This document shows, one piece after another, positions 26,230 to 39,691 of a stretch of DNA of 64,000 nucleotides. The translations under genes were made by a program, and so were the position numbers. The DNA comes from Schmidtea polychroa (lineage: Eukaryota). The stretch is from NCBI GenBank assembly GCA_044892525.1, contig CM097885.1:53632001-53696000 (forward strand), read 5' to 3'. Position 1 is the first letter of the stretch, and each line of letters starts with the position of its first letter. The notes below the pieces were generated by a model that saw nothing but the letters and a program-made list of their open reading frames with translations, did no database searches and was not told the DNA's origin.

Positions 26230-27600
26230 GTAGTTACATTTTTTCGTTGTAATTGTACATTATCATCGTTTCTACTCATTTATATATCATAATTTTCTGT
26301 AACTTACATACATTCACCCCAGCTGTCCCGAGACAGTTTATTTACTGGTGACTCGGCTGGGCTCTTACAATTTCTTTTGCACACACAGTCATACATTAAA
26401 CTAATACTTAAATAATACACTCATAACTAAAGGAACCTCCCAACATAATTGGTGTCAGAAGACAAAACAACAATAACACACACGCATTCGACATTTGTTC
26501 TTTCAATCACGAAACCTTTCAGTATAGTTATTATTCGTGTTTATTTTACCATCTTTCTAAGCTATTCGAGTCTGTTTTTTGTAATTTTGTGTTTCTTTGC
26601 TATTTTTGAGTTAGTTTCTTGCACTACTTCTTGCATTGATATCATTTTATTTAATTTCTGTGTTTATATTTTTGTTGTTTTTCCTCTTAATTAATATTGT
26701 TTATTTGATGTATTTTTTATATTTAACTGAACTTATTGCTGTTTGCGTGCTATGTACCCACGTACCTTAGTCACAAATTAGAGTTTTTGGGTCTAGAAAT
26801 CAGTTCTTGCTCAACAGTATTTAATAATTCTGAAAAGAGACAAACAATACAAGATTTGATTTAAAGATGTAAAAATTGTCAGGTGGTCAAAGTTATAACA
26901 ACTCCAACGAAAGAAATAAATTGTAAAATCCGACAACATATGTTGTTTGAAACAATATATATTGATTTTTGTGGCCCATTGAAACAAACACAATATGGAA
27001 TGAAATATATTTTAAATTCATCGATCAGAATACTAAATATGTGTTACTTCTTGCTATTAAATCGTAAATCAAATATTTCGTTGCCACCATCTTAAAAATA
27101 TAATTGGATATTAGAATATGGCGCCACGATAATTATACACGGTAATAGAGGGAAATCTTTTGAAGGTTAAGGTATGGAAAATCTAATGAAAACTTATAGT
27201 ATTAAAGTAATTTATTTAAGTTTTTACCATCATTCGGCAAACGGACAAATTGAAAGGAAATTTAGAACAATTAGTAACGCAATTCATATTTCTTTAAAAG
27301 ATAAAAACTATAAAAACTGGGATTAGCTGTTACCAGAAATTGAGTTTATGATAAACTTTATCTACAAAAAAACAATTAGTCAAGCATCTTGTTAAAGAGT
27401 ATTTAAAAAGTGTATCTACAAAGAAAAGATATTAAATATGTCAGAGATAAAGAATATAGTCGATTCTATTATGAAAAAAAAATTTGAAATAAGAGATTGC
27501 GTTTTTATTAAAAGCAATACGAATATAAAAGAAGATGATATATATTTTGGACATGGAGAAGTCGTGAAGTAATTACATAAAAGTGTTGGGTATGTGGGGA
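26230..27600 (+). mobile_element. Decayed gypsy element: LTR, PBS and integrase relic (same family as 10400-10600 and 11990-12365)
   Basis: PBS-like TGGTGTCAGAAG at ~26449. FETIYIDFCGPLKQTQYGMKYIL...NWILEYGA...YHHSANGQIERKFRT. TTTGGGT.TAGAAATCAGTTCT is shared with 10544. Confidence 0.8.
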
Positions 27601-27639
27601 GGAAAGAAATTTTGAGTACTGGGCATACAATCATTTTTT

Positions 27640-30600
27640 GTTCCGCTCAGGCCCTTCTCCCAGCATACCCGTGATGATTTTACTAATGTCCCTCATGTGA
27701 GCCCGTGGAGATATTACACGTTGGTGATGCACACATGGGTTGGAGTTGGTTAGCAGCTGAGCCCCTACCTTAGGACTACTATTAACCCACTCATGGTTCG
27801 GGTTCTAAGGTGCCGTAGAAGGACTTACCCATGTTTTCATACATGACTCGGTGCGACCCTGGTCCAAGGGGACGACCTTTATCTATTGGCATTCATTCAA
27901 ATTTATCATCCCCTTTATACCAATCACCTAACAACTCATACAAATAACGCACTTGACGCAACGAAAATTATATTAAGGTAAGTAAAATATACTGTACAAC
28001 GGTTAATACACTGAAACGACACTTAGAAAGCTAATCATGCAGTACAATTCCTGAGAAGATATCATAGATCATCGCGATGTTTGTTCACAACTGAAAAGGA
28101 TCGAGACTGATGGCGAGTCGAATCACTGAAACCCTTCTCCCTCAGCAATCATTTCGTTAATGTCGACGGGTAGCCGGCGATCTTCGAGGAATTTGATGCT
28201 GTCGGCTGGGACTACCCGGAATATTTCTTTTGTGGGGATTGAATGGGTGGATGAGATTTCCTTGATAGTCGACTGTGCCACGGACAAAGAAGCTTCGAGC
28301 GCGGCCATGGCGTTCCTACGCTTCTGATTTTTCTCAGAGCGCGTCGGCCTCTTGCGCTTCTGATGTGGCGATGTGGCTTCTGCTGGAGACTGCGCGATGT
28401 GAGACACGAGGATCGGAGCCAAGATGGGGTCCGACGGGCCTCCTGTCATAGGCCTATAGCCTGAGAGAACTGAGGCGGGAATTGGTGGAAAATTCAGGCC
28501 ATGCCCCTTACAACCAGTTGTTGATGGCTCAGAAGATTGGTGGTGCACTGGGAACACGTTCGTCCCATCTTATATTGGATATTCGCGAACTCGCTTCGCT
28601 ATTTCTGATTCGGAATAGACTTTATGAAGTGCCTCTGATTGGGCTTTTATGGTTAGCCTCTGATACCTACTCTCTTCTAGGAGACTGTCACGGCAGTGCT
28701 CCAGACGTAAAATCTTGCTCTTTTCTTCCTTCATTTGTGGCGGAGAGAACCACGTTCCTTCGTAGAGGTCAATTCTCTTTCTCAATTCCCCGATGTACAG
28801 ATGGAGCTGTGCGATATCCGCATTTTTATCGGCACAGGAGAAACAAGGGCGAAGATTTTTTCCAGAATTGATGGAAGTAGTCATCTGAAGAATAAGAAGT
28901 CCTTTATTTATAATTTTAAAAGATTATCACTATTAATGCCCTTATGACGCGAGTTTCGTCTTACCACCGCTACATAAAATCAGGAATGTCTCACACATTC
29001 ATCCCTTTGACAACACTCACACCATTCAAACCTCAAACCTTCCAGTTAGTTCACTCAATCATTTGTAACACAATGAAACGAAAATGGGAATCTTCAAAAT
29101 AATTTGTTCACCTATAGCAACCTAGTGTCTACTTTCGGGGTTTGACAATTACTGTTAAGTATATCGCTATTGAATTTTATTATTATTTTCATCATCGTTA
29201 ATTTTATTTATTATTTTACCCAATTATATTTTTGTATTATGTCTTATACTTTGTCGAAATTATGTGGGTTTTAAGTTAGCAGGGTAATTCAATGCGGCTG
29301 ATGTCCCCTGGCGCTGCTCTAAATCAGTTTAGTTAGACATGGAGCCCACAAATTATTAATTTTTTATTAAAATCTAAATTTTGTCTATTTCGAATGTTCA
29401 CCGTAACTGTCGTCATAACGACGTGTAATAGCATGTAAACATGCATCGGTTTGTTCAAACGAAGGTTGTTTATTCACTACACTCCTGCCCTGTTGGATAA
29501 TCGCAAGAAAATTCTCTCTACTTGAGAATAGCAGGTCATCATCGTGTCGGTGTGCTTGTGGACTAAATCTAACTTATGTTGCTATGTCGTAATACTATCA
29601 GTGTCTTCCTGCGTTGGCCTTCCTCATTTGGTGGCACTTATTAGCAGACTCTACAGATAGATGAGAGTGATCAACTAGGTTCACAACAAAAGGACTTTTA
29701 TGATTTTCTCAAGATTTGTTTACTCAGTTATCAGATTAGACGACTAATTTTTTCCATCCATGTTGACTGTTATCAAAATACTAATCATCTCGTTGATTTG
29801 GTATCCGTCACTCAAGGACCGGTCTATGAGTATCATTATCTGAAAACTTCTCATCACCCTAGTGTAGCTGATGCTTAGCTAAATGAAAACCAACAGATTA
29901 TTTTCCGAAGCGTTAATGATAATTTTCCATCAAGACTACAGTAAATAATTTGATCAATTATCGAACGATATTTACATTTCTGTCAGGTTGAATCCTTATC
30001 ACTGATAGTAACAAATCGAAATCGATAATCAAGTCTACGAGTGCACGAACGAAGGATGTAATCGCCAAGGTCCTCGCCTTTAGAAGTACTGGCAGGAGAA
30101 ACTCAATCTCGAATCTTTATTATTCTCCGCGAAAACAAGAGAATTGTTGGAATTATTCGCGTAACTCAGAACTTATATCCCTTCAGATGTCTGCCCAGAC
30201 AGTCACGCTTCCCCAGAAGGAAAATTTCTCAAGATTAGTGCCCATCAACCTCAACGCTTAGCTGAAATGTCGAAAACGTTGTCGATCTCTCTTCTCATAG
30301 GATGTTTAGTCAAATTGGTCATCAATATCAAAACCAGGTGATCTGGAATTTTCTCATAGTGATTTTTCAACGACGAAGTTGTTTTTTGGAGATCGCACTC
30401 GATGAAAGAATCATGATCGTAAATTATTCTTCCTCACCGGGTTTTCTCACCCCTCCGACTCACCCAAGGATAGTACGCATTTCTGCCCACTACTCTTGGA
30501 CCGTCGCGAAGGACAAATCGACCCAAACTGGTATGAAATTGTTATCAAATAAATGTGAAAATGATCAACCTAACTCCTCATCAGATGAATATCGAATACT

Positions 30601-30870
30601 GATATTAATGCAAATCAATAAATAAATGTTTACCTGGCGACCACGCCGTCTGAATTTCGGATATGATGCCTCGTGATGCTACTCACTTTTACCTCTAATA
30701 TTCGATCCGTATAATACCCAATTTCGTACAAATCTTCGGCTGGCTCTAATAATTCAAGCTCCTCATGTCTTGGCATTCATGTTCATGAGTTCTCTTCATA
30801 ATTCATTCACAATCCGGCCGCATCATACCCGAACTCCTGACGACATCGTCGCCAGCACCGTGAAGAAAAA
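27640..30870. other. GC-richer inserted block of unknown family, with two short minus-strand ORFs (28570-28884, 28123-28557)
   Basis: Sharp composition change from the flanks; PBS-like TGGCGAC motifs at ~30635 (+) and ~30856 (-); no recognisable domain. Confidence 0.35.
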
Positions 30871-32661
30871 GTTCAATCTTTTTTAACTAAATTTTTATTG
30901 AAAATAAAATATTTGGATTTATTATTCATTTTTAAATATCAAAGATACCATATTAATAATTGATCATCCATAAACCCAACTAGAATTCCTTTCGAAGGTG
31001 TTGAAAATCAAAGTGCTATAATCTGTTATCCTAAATTAGATTTGTTTTTCTTTAGCTTGGTACGATCTCCGAAATTTATCTCGTCAAATTGCCTGCTGTA
31101 GTTTTGGTTGTGAGTTGTATTCTGCGATCTATGCTCGTGGTCTATAAGTAGTTCCTGCAATCGTGGATTAAAAGTGGTGTCTGAATTCTGTAGAGTTTTT
31201 GGGTAAAGTGGTCGAAAAATTTAACAAATTTTACCTGTAGAGTTTTTGGTTAAAGTGGTACTCTACAACTATTTCGCGCTGCTTATATATTATTTTCCGT
31301 CCAATCAGGACACAGTTAGCGTGTAATTTTGTTATTTATTATTATTTTTATGTTTTTTATTATAATATAATGAATTTTAATGGTCTTATCTTATTGTTTT
31401 CTTAATGTAAATTATTTTTATTATTTTTTCTAAAGATTTATCGTCGTTTTGTTACCCTATAATTTTTTGTTTTAATTAACTGATAAATTTATTTGGGAAT
31501 TGTTTTTTTATTTTTATTTCGTTTCCTTAATTTCCTATTTATTTACTTTAAATTTTTGCTATTTTATTTTCCTTTTATTGTTATGCGTATTGGGTAGTTT
31601 CCTTTTTGTCTTATTTTTCATCTGAAAAGTTTTATTATTTTATTAGTTATTCTTATTTCTTTTATTGGTTTTTTTTTGTTTCTTCCTACATGTTACTGCG
31701 GTTTTCTGTAAAATTTATTTTTATCCTATTCTATTATTTTGTGTGGTTCCTCTCTCAACCTTGACTCAATTTTCAACACCTTCAAAGCTTGGCCCAACAA
31801 AAGGATCTACTAAGTAAAGCTGATAATGTCAACTGTTTGATTAGAAACCTAGAGTAGCTAAACCCATTCAAATGAAGGGAATGGGAGAATACAATTTATT
31901 AATTAATCAAAAAATTCAATAAATAAAAGTAAAATAAATATTGAATGAATGTATGTTGTGGATTGATGTTGTATGTAAATTCCTTAAGCTTACATTACTC
32001 GACGTTCTATAAATATTCTCATGGAGATTTGTTTGAATATTGCACAAAATAAATAGCTTTTGAATTCAATAAATATTTATATTTATTTACTGAAAGTATA
32101 AAAACTAACAGTTACAAAATGAAATTCCTTATTTCAAAGTACGCTTTAAAATAATCAAATTTCCTTATAAATACCGAAAATAATTTGCTAAATATTGGAG
32201 TTTCATTATAACTGACGTAGACAGTATTGCCTTGCTAAAACGTACTCAAATGAAATATTTTAATTTTATTCTGCTGTCATAGATCTTTTCATTATGTTTG
32301 AATAAATATAAATGTTTTGAATTTAATATTATTTATAAATATAATTTTGATTTTAATAAATTTAAATAATTTTTTTATAATAAAATTTTAAAAATATTTA
32401 AAAGTTAATAATTCAATATTAAAGAAAATTATAATTCTATGCGAATTTCTAATTTCCTAATTTCTATTTTTATTTCTTTATTTAAATCTTTTCAGACACC
32501 TTAATTTCAAATTTTTTAGAGCAATATATATTTTTAAAATTTTCCATTTTATCGGGATTTTTATTATTAAAAGTATAAACTATTTATTCATATTTATTAA
32601 TATTTCCAAATTAATATTGATATTTATGTTGGAAGTCCATAACATAATATTTAAACTTTAA

Positions 32662-32845
32662 CCCTTTCGATCTTGTAGGACATACCGTTCCAGAAAAGGT
32701 CTGATACATACTAAAAATGTATTAAATACTTACAAATATTTTGGAATCTGAGTTATTAGTATTGCACGATCATAGATCCGTAGACAAGTCTATTCTTGCA
32801 TAATCTTTTCGTCATACTCATACAAAAACTTTTTTTCAATAAACA
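32662..32845 (+). mobile_element. piggyBac-like left terminus
   Basis: TTAA followed by CCCTTTCG...GGACA...CGT.CCAGAAA, similar to the left end of the MITE at 33661. Confidence 0.55.
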
Positions 32846-32969
32846 AGCCAAGGATAAATATTAATTGGGTGGGTCTCCTTGGTCCTGAGAATTTCAATAG
32901 AAAAAGGTAGTCTTCAATAAAAAAACATGGATTATTCAGACTATAGTAGTGGGGGGGGTTTCCATAGTC

Positions 32970-33365
32970 CTGGGATTTTCAATACAAAAAAAAGGTTTAC
33001 ACTAAAAAAGTTTGGTAATTCAAGGTCTCAGGATATTTTCAATACAAATAGGTGGTCTACACTAAAAAACAGTGGCAATTTAAAGTCTCAGGATATTTTC
33101 AATACAAAAAGACGGTTTACACTAAAAAAGTTTGGTAATTCAAGGTCTCAGGATATTTTCAATATAAATAGGTGGTCTACACTAAAAAATAGTGGCAATT
33201 TAAAGTCTCATGTTATTTTCAATACAAAATGCCAAGGATAAGTCAGTATTATTTGGGTGGGTCTCCTTGGTCCTTGGATTTTCAATACAAAATCCGACTA
33301 TCACTAAAAAGCCATGGTAATTTAAGGTGTCAGGATATTTTCAATAGTAAAAGGTGGTCTACACT
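32970..33365. repeat. 120-bp (2 x 60-bp) satellite at the outer end of the left arm
   Basis: TCTCAGGATATTTTCAATACAAA...TACACTAAAAA units alternating in two variants; the mirror array at 63500-64000 has more copies. Confidence 0.9.
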
Positions 33366-33660
33366 AAAAAAAAACATGGTAAATTAAGGATAAATAGGTA
33401 AATAATGGTCTAAAAAATTGAATTACAGTAAATTATGGGCTAAGAGTTTTGAAGTAAAGTAAAATATGGGTCTTAAAATCGGATTACAGTAAATTATGGG
33501 CTAAGATTTTTGAATTAGAGTAAATTATGGGTTCAAATTATGAAACTAAAGTAAATTATGGGCTAAGATTTTTAAATTAAAGTAATCAATGGGCTGAAAT
33601 AAGTAAATTAAGGTTCAAATAAGTAAATTAAGTAATCAATGAGATCAAATGAGTTAATTA

Positions 33661-33892
33661 CCCTTTCGCCCCTATTGGGACAATACGTCCCAGAAACTTT
33701 CATCATGATCCTACTGGGATATTTTGAATGGTCCATAAAAGCCTATTGGGACTTAATATCCCAGGACTTTCTAGGATATCCAGAAGCGCCACGATTACAA
33801 AAATGAGAATATTTCATATTTAGGTCAATATTAACAAGTTCCAATATATAAATTTAGCATAGTGTCATTAGCGGAAAGTCGGTGCGAAAGGG
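33661..33892. mobile_element. piggyBac-type MITE (232 bp), left arm only
   Basis: TIRs CCCTTTCGC / GCGAAAGGG, right flank TTAA (the left flank lacks one A). The empty TTAA site is visible in the right arm near 62960. Confidence 0.85.
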
Positions 33893-35199
33893 TTAAGGTT
33901 TAAAAAAAATTTATTTAAATTAATCAACGGGTTCAAATAAGTTAATTAAGGTCTAAAATTTAAAATTAAAGCAATCAATGAGTTCAAATAAGTTAATTAA
34001 GGTCCAAATATTTAAATTAAAGTAATCAACGGGCTCAAAAGAGTTAATTAAGGTTCTAAAAAAATAAAATTAAAGTTAATTAAGGTTCAAAATTTAAAAT
34101 TAAGTAATCAATGGTCAAAAACTTTAAATTAAAGTTAAATAAGTAAATTTAAGTAATGTAATAAGTAAATTAAAGTTAGATTTTAAAATTTATTAACAAA
34201 AGGTTTGAATAATAGTTAGTGATTGAGAATTGAAAATTTTAAATGAAAATTTTTAACGTATATTTTTTAAGATAATTTTTAATAGACATTTTTATGAAAT
34301 ATTTTTCAATGTTAATTTTAGATGAAAATTTTAATGAAATAATTATTTTTTAAGTTAATTTTTATGAATTATTTTTCAAAGTTAATTTTAGATGGAAAGT
34401 TTTATGTATTATTTTTCAATAGTAATTAAAGATGCAAATCATTGTCAATTAATCAATCACTACATGAAATTATTGGTTAAATATGAAAATAAGGGCTATA
34501 TTTGGTTGTAAATTATAGTAAAAAAATTTAAATAAAGTAATACAAGGATAAATAGGTAAATTAATGTTTTATTTTTAAATTATAGGTTCAAAACTTTAAA
34601 TAAAAATTTATTAACAAAATGTTGGAATAACCAACCGCTTCTGAGAAATAAAAATTTAAAATAAAATTTTTAAGAAATAATTTTTAAAGTCAAATTTTAA
34701 TAGAAACCTTTATGGAATAATTTTTTTAAGTTAATATTTATTGAACATTTTTATGAAATATTTTTTTTAAGTTAAATTTTAATAGAAATTTTTATGGTAT
34801 AATTTTTTAAGCTAATTTTAAATAGAAATTTTAATGAATTAATAATTGTCAAAGAGAAATTTAAATGGAAATTTTAATGAAATAATTTTCAAAGGCAAAT
34901 TTAGATGCAAATTTCAATGATAATAATAATAATAATAAAAATAATAATAATAAAAATAATTGTAATAATAATAATAATATTAATATTATTAATAATAATA
35001 ATAATCATAATAAAAAATATTAATATTATTAAAAATAATAATCATAATAAAAATAATACTAATATTAATAAAAATATTAATAATAATTATAATAATAAAA
35101 AATAATGATAATCATAATAAAAAATAAAAATAATATTAATATTGATAAAAATAATAATAATTATAATCATAATAAAAATAATAGTAATATTAATAAAAT

Positions 35200-35276
<77 letters not shown>

Positions 35277-35898
35277 TAATAAAAATAATAATAAGAATAA
35301 TAATAAAAAATAATAAAAATAATATTAATAATAATAAAAATAATAATAATAATAATAAAAATAATAATAATAAAAATATTTGTAATTATAATAATAATAA
35401 TATTAATATAAATAATAATAATATTAATAATTCAACAATCAGATACCAACAACTATCAGGTACAACTAGATACCAAGTACATACAACCACCTATCAAGTA
35501 CCATGTACTATTAACTAAGTAAAAACAACCAAGTACTAACAACCAACTAAGTATTCTTTATTGTATTTTATCAAATGATTTTTAAATTAATTTTTATCTG
35601 TCTTCAAAATTATGTTTAATTACAATCAGTAGAAAAAATCTTTTCAAAATGTCTAAATTTAACAAAAATGTTGATTTTCATCAAAAATGAATAATTGTCA
35701 ACTCATCACTACGTGGAATTGATGATAATTTAAATTACAATGAAAGACTAATGAATTCTAATTTACAAAACATTCTTCTTTTAATTGATAACTACTGACT
35801 TATTATTGCAATGTAAAAATCGCATTCAATAAATACTTATTGTTGATCAGTTTTATTATATATACTCTTAGTCTATCCGACAGGATGTTTTGACCCGC

Positions 35899-35971
35899 TA
35901 AGGGTACTGGTCGTAAGGGTACTGGTCGTAAGGGTATTAGTCGTAAAGGTACTAGTCGTAAGGGTATTGGT
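35899..35971. repeat. 15-bp minisatellite (TAAGGGTACTGGTCG)x5
   Basis: Directly visible; mirror copy at ~61008-61081. Confidence 0.9.
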
Positions 35972-37227
35972 AACACTCAACTTAATATCATCTACCAGTA
36001 ACTATAAACACGTATTTTCAACTAGATACCAAGTACTTACAACAATATACCAAACGCTATCAGTTAAGTACTTACAACAAGATACCAAGACTATCAGCAA
36101 AATACCATCAACCAGATACCAAGTACCAACAATCAACTAACAACACATAAAAATAATAGCAATTAAATACAAAATAATCTTCATCACATACAATATCTTA
36201 TCAAAATCTAAAAAGTCAATCAGATACTAACTACCAAGTACCAACTACTAACAACCAACAACTATGTATTAACAAATAGATCTTTAAAAGCAAATACTAT
36301 TCACTTGAAAAATTGGATGAAAAATTAATTGAACTCAAGGCATCAATAACTAGGTAAAAATTGATTAAATAATTGTAAAAATTTAAATTATTCAAAATAT
36401 ACCAAATAATTATTATAAAAATGTAATTAATGAACAAGAATGAATTCTAGTCATTAATCATCCAGTAAATAAAAAAATACTGATCATTCAAGTTGAATCA
36501 ATTAAGTTAATAAATTAATAAGAATTTTGAAATAAGATCTAGTAGATAATTGATTTAGATTGAATAAATTAATTTTAATTATTTTTGTAAAAGTAATACA
36601 TGTACTGAAATTGATTGACTGATTGCTCAATATATTCAAAAATTCAGTATAAATTCATTACAATTATCAAAGTCAGCAATCTACAATAAAAGTAATTATC
36701 ATTTAATTCCAAAAGAGACTAGATAATTAATGATAACATCTAACAAACCAGTAAATTCATTTAAATGACAATAATTGGTATATCCAAGTGAATTCTCCAA
36801 TAAAATCATCTAAAAAGAATCATTTTCTCCCCAAATATATCAATATTTAAAGATTGATATTTTAATGATAAGTACTTGTTAAAGATCATATATTCACCTC
36901 AAACTAACAAGATTCTTTAAAATCTCTTAAATGACTATATTTCTACCCTTAATCCATATTATTAAAAATAATTCACTAAAATCATCTAAAAAGCATCAAA
37001 TTTCCCTGAAATAACTCTATCTTTAAAGATAAGTATTTTATCGATAAATATCATTAAAAGGCTATATATTTACCTCAGACTAATAAGATTGCTTAAAATC
37101 CCCTTTGAATGACTATAATTCTAACTTTAATTCATATTATCACGAATATTTCCCTATAAAACATGTAAAATAAATTGGTCATTAACCCTAAATAATTTAT
37201 AAAATCTAATGATAAAACTGGCTATAA

Positions 37228-37530
37228 AAATCATATATTCCCACCTTATCTGATCTCTCATTAAATCTAACCGACTATATCCCTTTAAAAATCATATATT
37301 CCCATCTTAACCCATCCCTCATTAAATTTAACCGACTACATCCCTTCAAAAGATCATATATTCCCATCTTAACCTATCCCTCATTAAATTTAACCGACTA
37401 TATCCCCTTAAAAGATCATATTTTCCCACCTTATCCAATCCCTCATTAAATCTCACCGACAATATCCCAGCTTAACCGATCTCTCACCAAATATTTCTAC
37501 CCCTTTAAACATCTATCCGACTATATCCAT
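37228..37530. repeat. ~61-bp tandem repeat, 4-5 units
   Basis: ATCATATATTCCCA.CTTA..C.ATC.CTCATTAAAT.TAACCGACTATATCCC units; mirror at ~43865-44170. Confidence 0.9.
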
Positions 37531-39691
37531 TAATTCTACCCACTTGAATCCTCCTTTAATTCAATCAATCCTCTTAAAATTCTTAGAGAATTCTTCAAAA
37601 ATACGAATTTTTATTAACTGTTATCGACATCCAAAATACATCTATGAAATAATTTAGTATCTAAATTCATGTAGTAAAAGATCAAAATTCACTAAAGTTT
37701 TCTACAAATATTTAACCCATCAAATACCTAACTAGAGATGATATATATTGATTGACCATAATTCTTCAACGATTCAACCAATCATTTTCAAGCAATAATA
37801 ACAAACTAAATCATAAATTTCAAGTAAATTTAAAATATCTATCCCAGATAAAGTTAACTGGTTTCTTAGCTTATGTTTTTTTCAAAAGTTCATCAATGTG
37901 TAAATATTCTTAGAAAATTATTGAAAAAAATTATTTAGTCAAATGCATTACAAAGTCATCTAAAATTAAACCAATTACTTAATTATTAACCTAACAGTCA
38001 TTAAAAAAAAATTAATTTTTATTTAAAATTTAACAAATTATTAAGAAATTCAATTAAAATCATCATTAGAACTTTAAATTTTTTAATAAATCAACATGAA
38101 ATTCTTAGAAAATATATGAAAAAAATATTATTACAAAGTTATATCCTATCACGTGATTATTAACCTAACTGTGATTAAAATTAATTTTTATTTAAAATTA
38201 AAAAACCAATCAATAAAAATGCATCCAATTATCAAGAAATTAATTAAATTTATCTTAGAACTAACTTAAAATTTTTAAATATTCATTCAATCCACATGAA
38301 ATTCACGAAAATGATAAAAATTCACAAAACCATCAACTCTAAAAAAATACTAATGAATACCTTAGACACCAAAATTTATCTAAATAATCTTTCAAATTAA
38401 TTCATTAAAATTGAAGACAACACGCTCTATTTTGTCATTACATTCAATTAAATTTAAATAAATCAAGATAAGAACTTTGATAAAAAATATTATTCTAAAA
38501 TGGTAAGAATTAACACTGTAGTGTTAAATGAAAAGGTAATTATTCTTTAAATCTAATTAACTTAGTCATAATTTTCTTTAATTTAACCCTTTATTTACTT
38601 AATTTAGTCCTTGTTTACCGAATAAAGAAGTTTAAAATATAGACCATTGATTACTTTAATTTAAAAATGTATCCCTTAATTTACATAATTTCCATCAAAA
38701 ATTATTTCAAAAATTTTTTTTCTAAAATTGTCATTGAAAAATAATCCATAAAAGTTTTCATTTAAAATTTTCATTAAAAATTATCCTAAAAATTATTCAT
38801 AAAAATTTCCATCTAAAATTATTTAAAAAATTATTTCATAAAAATTTTCATTAAAAAATTTCAATTCTCAAACACCTATTATTTCAACTTTTTGTTAATA
38901 AATTTTAAAATCTTACTTTAATTTACTTTAATTTACTTATTTAAAAATTATTACTTTAATTTACTTATTTAACTTTAATTTAAATTTTTTACCATTGATT
39001 ACTTAATTTAAAAATATGGTCCTTAATTAACTTTAATTTAATTTTTTAGAACCGTAATTTACTTTAATTTTAAATTTTGAACCTTAATTAACTTTAATTC
39101 AAAATTTGGACCTTAATTTATTTTAATTCAAAATTTTAGACCTTAATTTACTTAATTAAAATTTTATACCTTTATTTGCTTATTTATCTTTAATTTACTT
39201 AAGTTTAAAAATATATACCATAATTTACTTTAATTTAAAATTTTAGACCATAATTTACTTAATTGAAAATTTTCGACTTTATTTTAGAACTTAATTGAAA
39301 ATTTTTGACCATAATTTCATGTAAAATTTTAGACCATAATTTACTTAATTGGAAATTTTAGACCTTAATTTGCTTATTTGAAAATTTTAGACCTTAATTT
39401 ACTTAATGGAAAATTTTAGACCTTAATTTGCTTAATTGAAAATTTACCTATTTATCATTAATTTACTTAAGTTTAAAAATATATACCATAATTTACTTTA
39501 ATTTAAAAATTTAGACCCTTAATTTAATTTAATTTAGCTTAATTGAAAATTTTAGACCTTAATTTACTTAATTGAAATTTTAGACCATAATTTACTTAAT
39601 TGAAAATTTTAGACATCAATTTACTTAATCGAAAATTTTAGACCTTAATTTACTTATTTATCTTTAATTTACTTAAGTTTAAAAATATATA

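Noticed and set aside
31153..31260. CTGTAGAGTTTTTGG.TAAAGTGGT repeated with a short spacer, superficially CRISPR-like
   Set aside because: Only two good copies plus one degenerate, eukaryotic context, no cas genes.
32927..33241. 104-aa ORF with internal repeats
   Set aside because: Chance read-through of the 120-bp satellite; no domain similarity and copy number differs between the arms.
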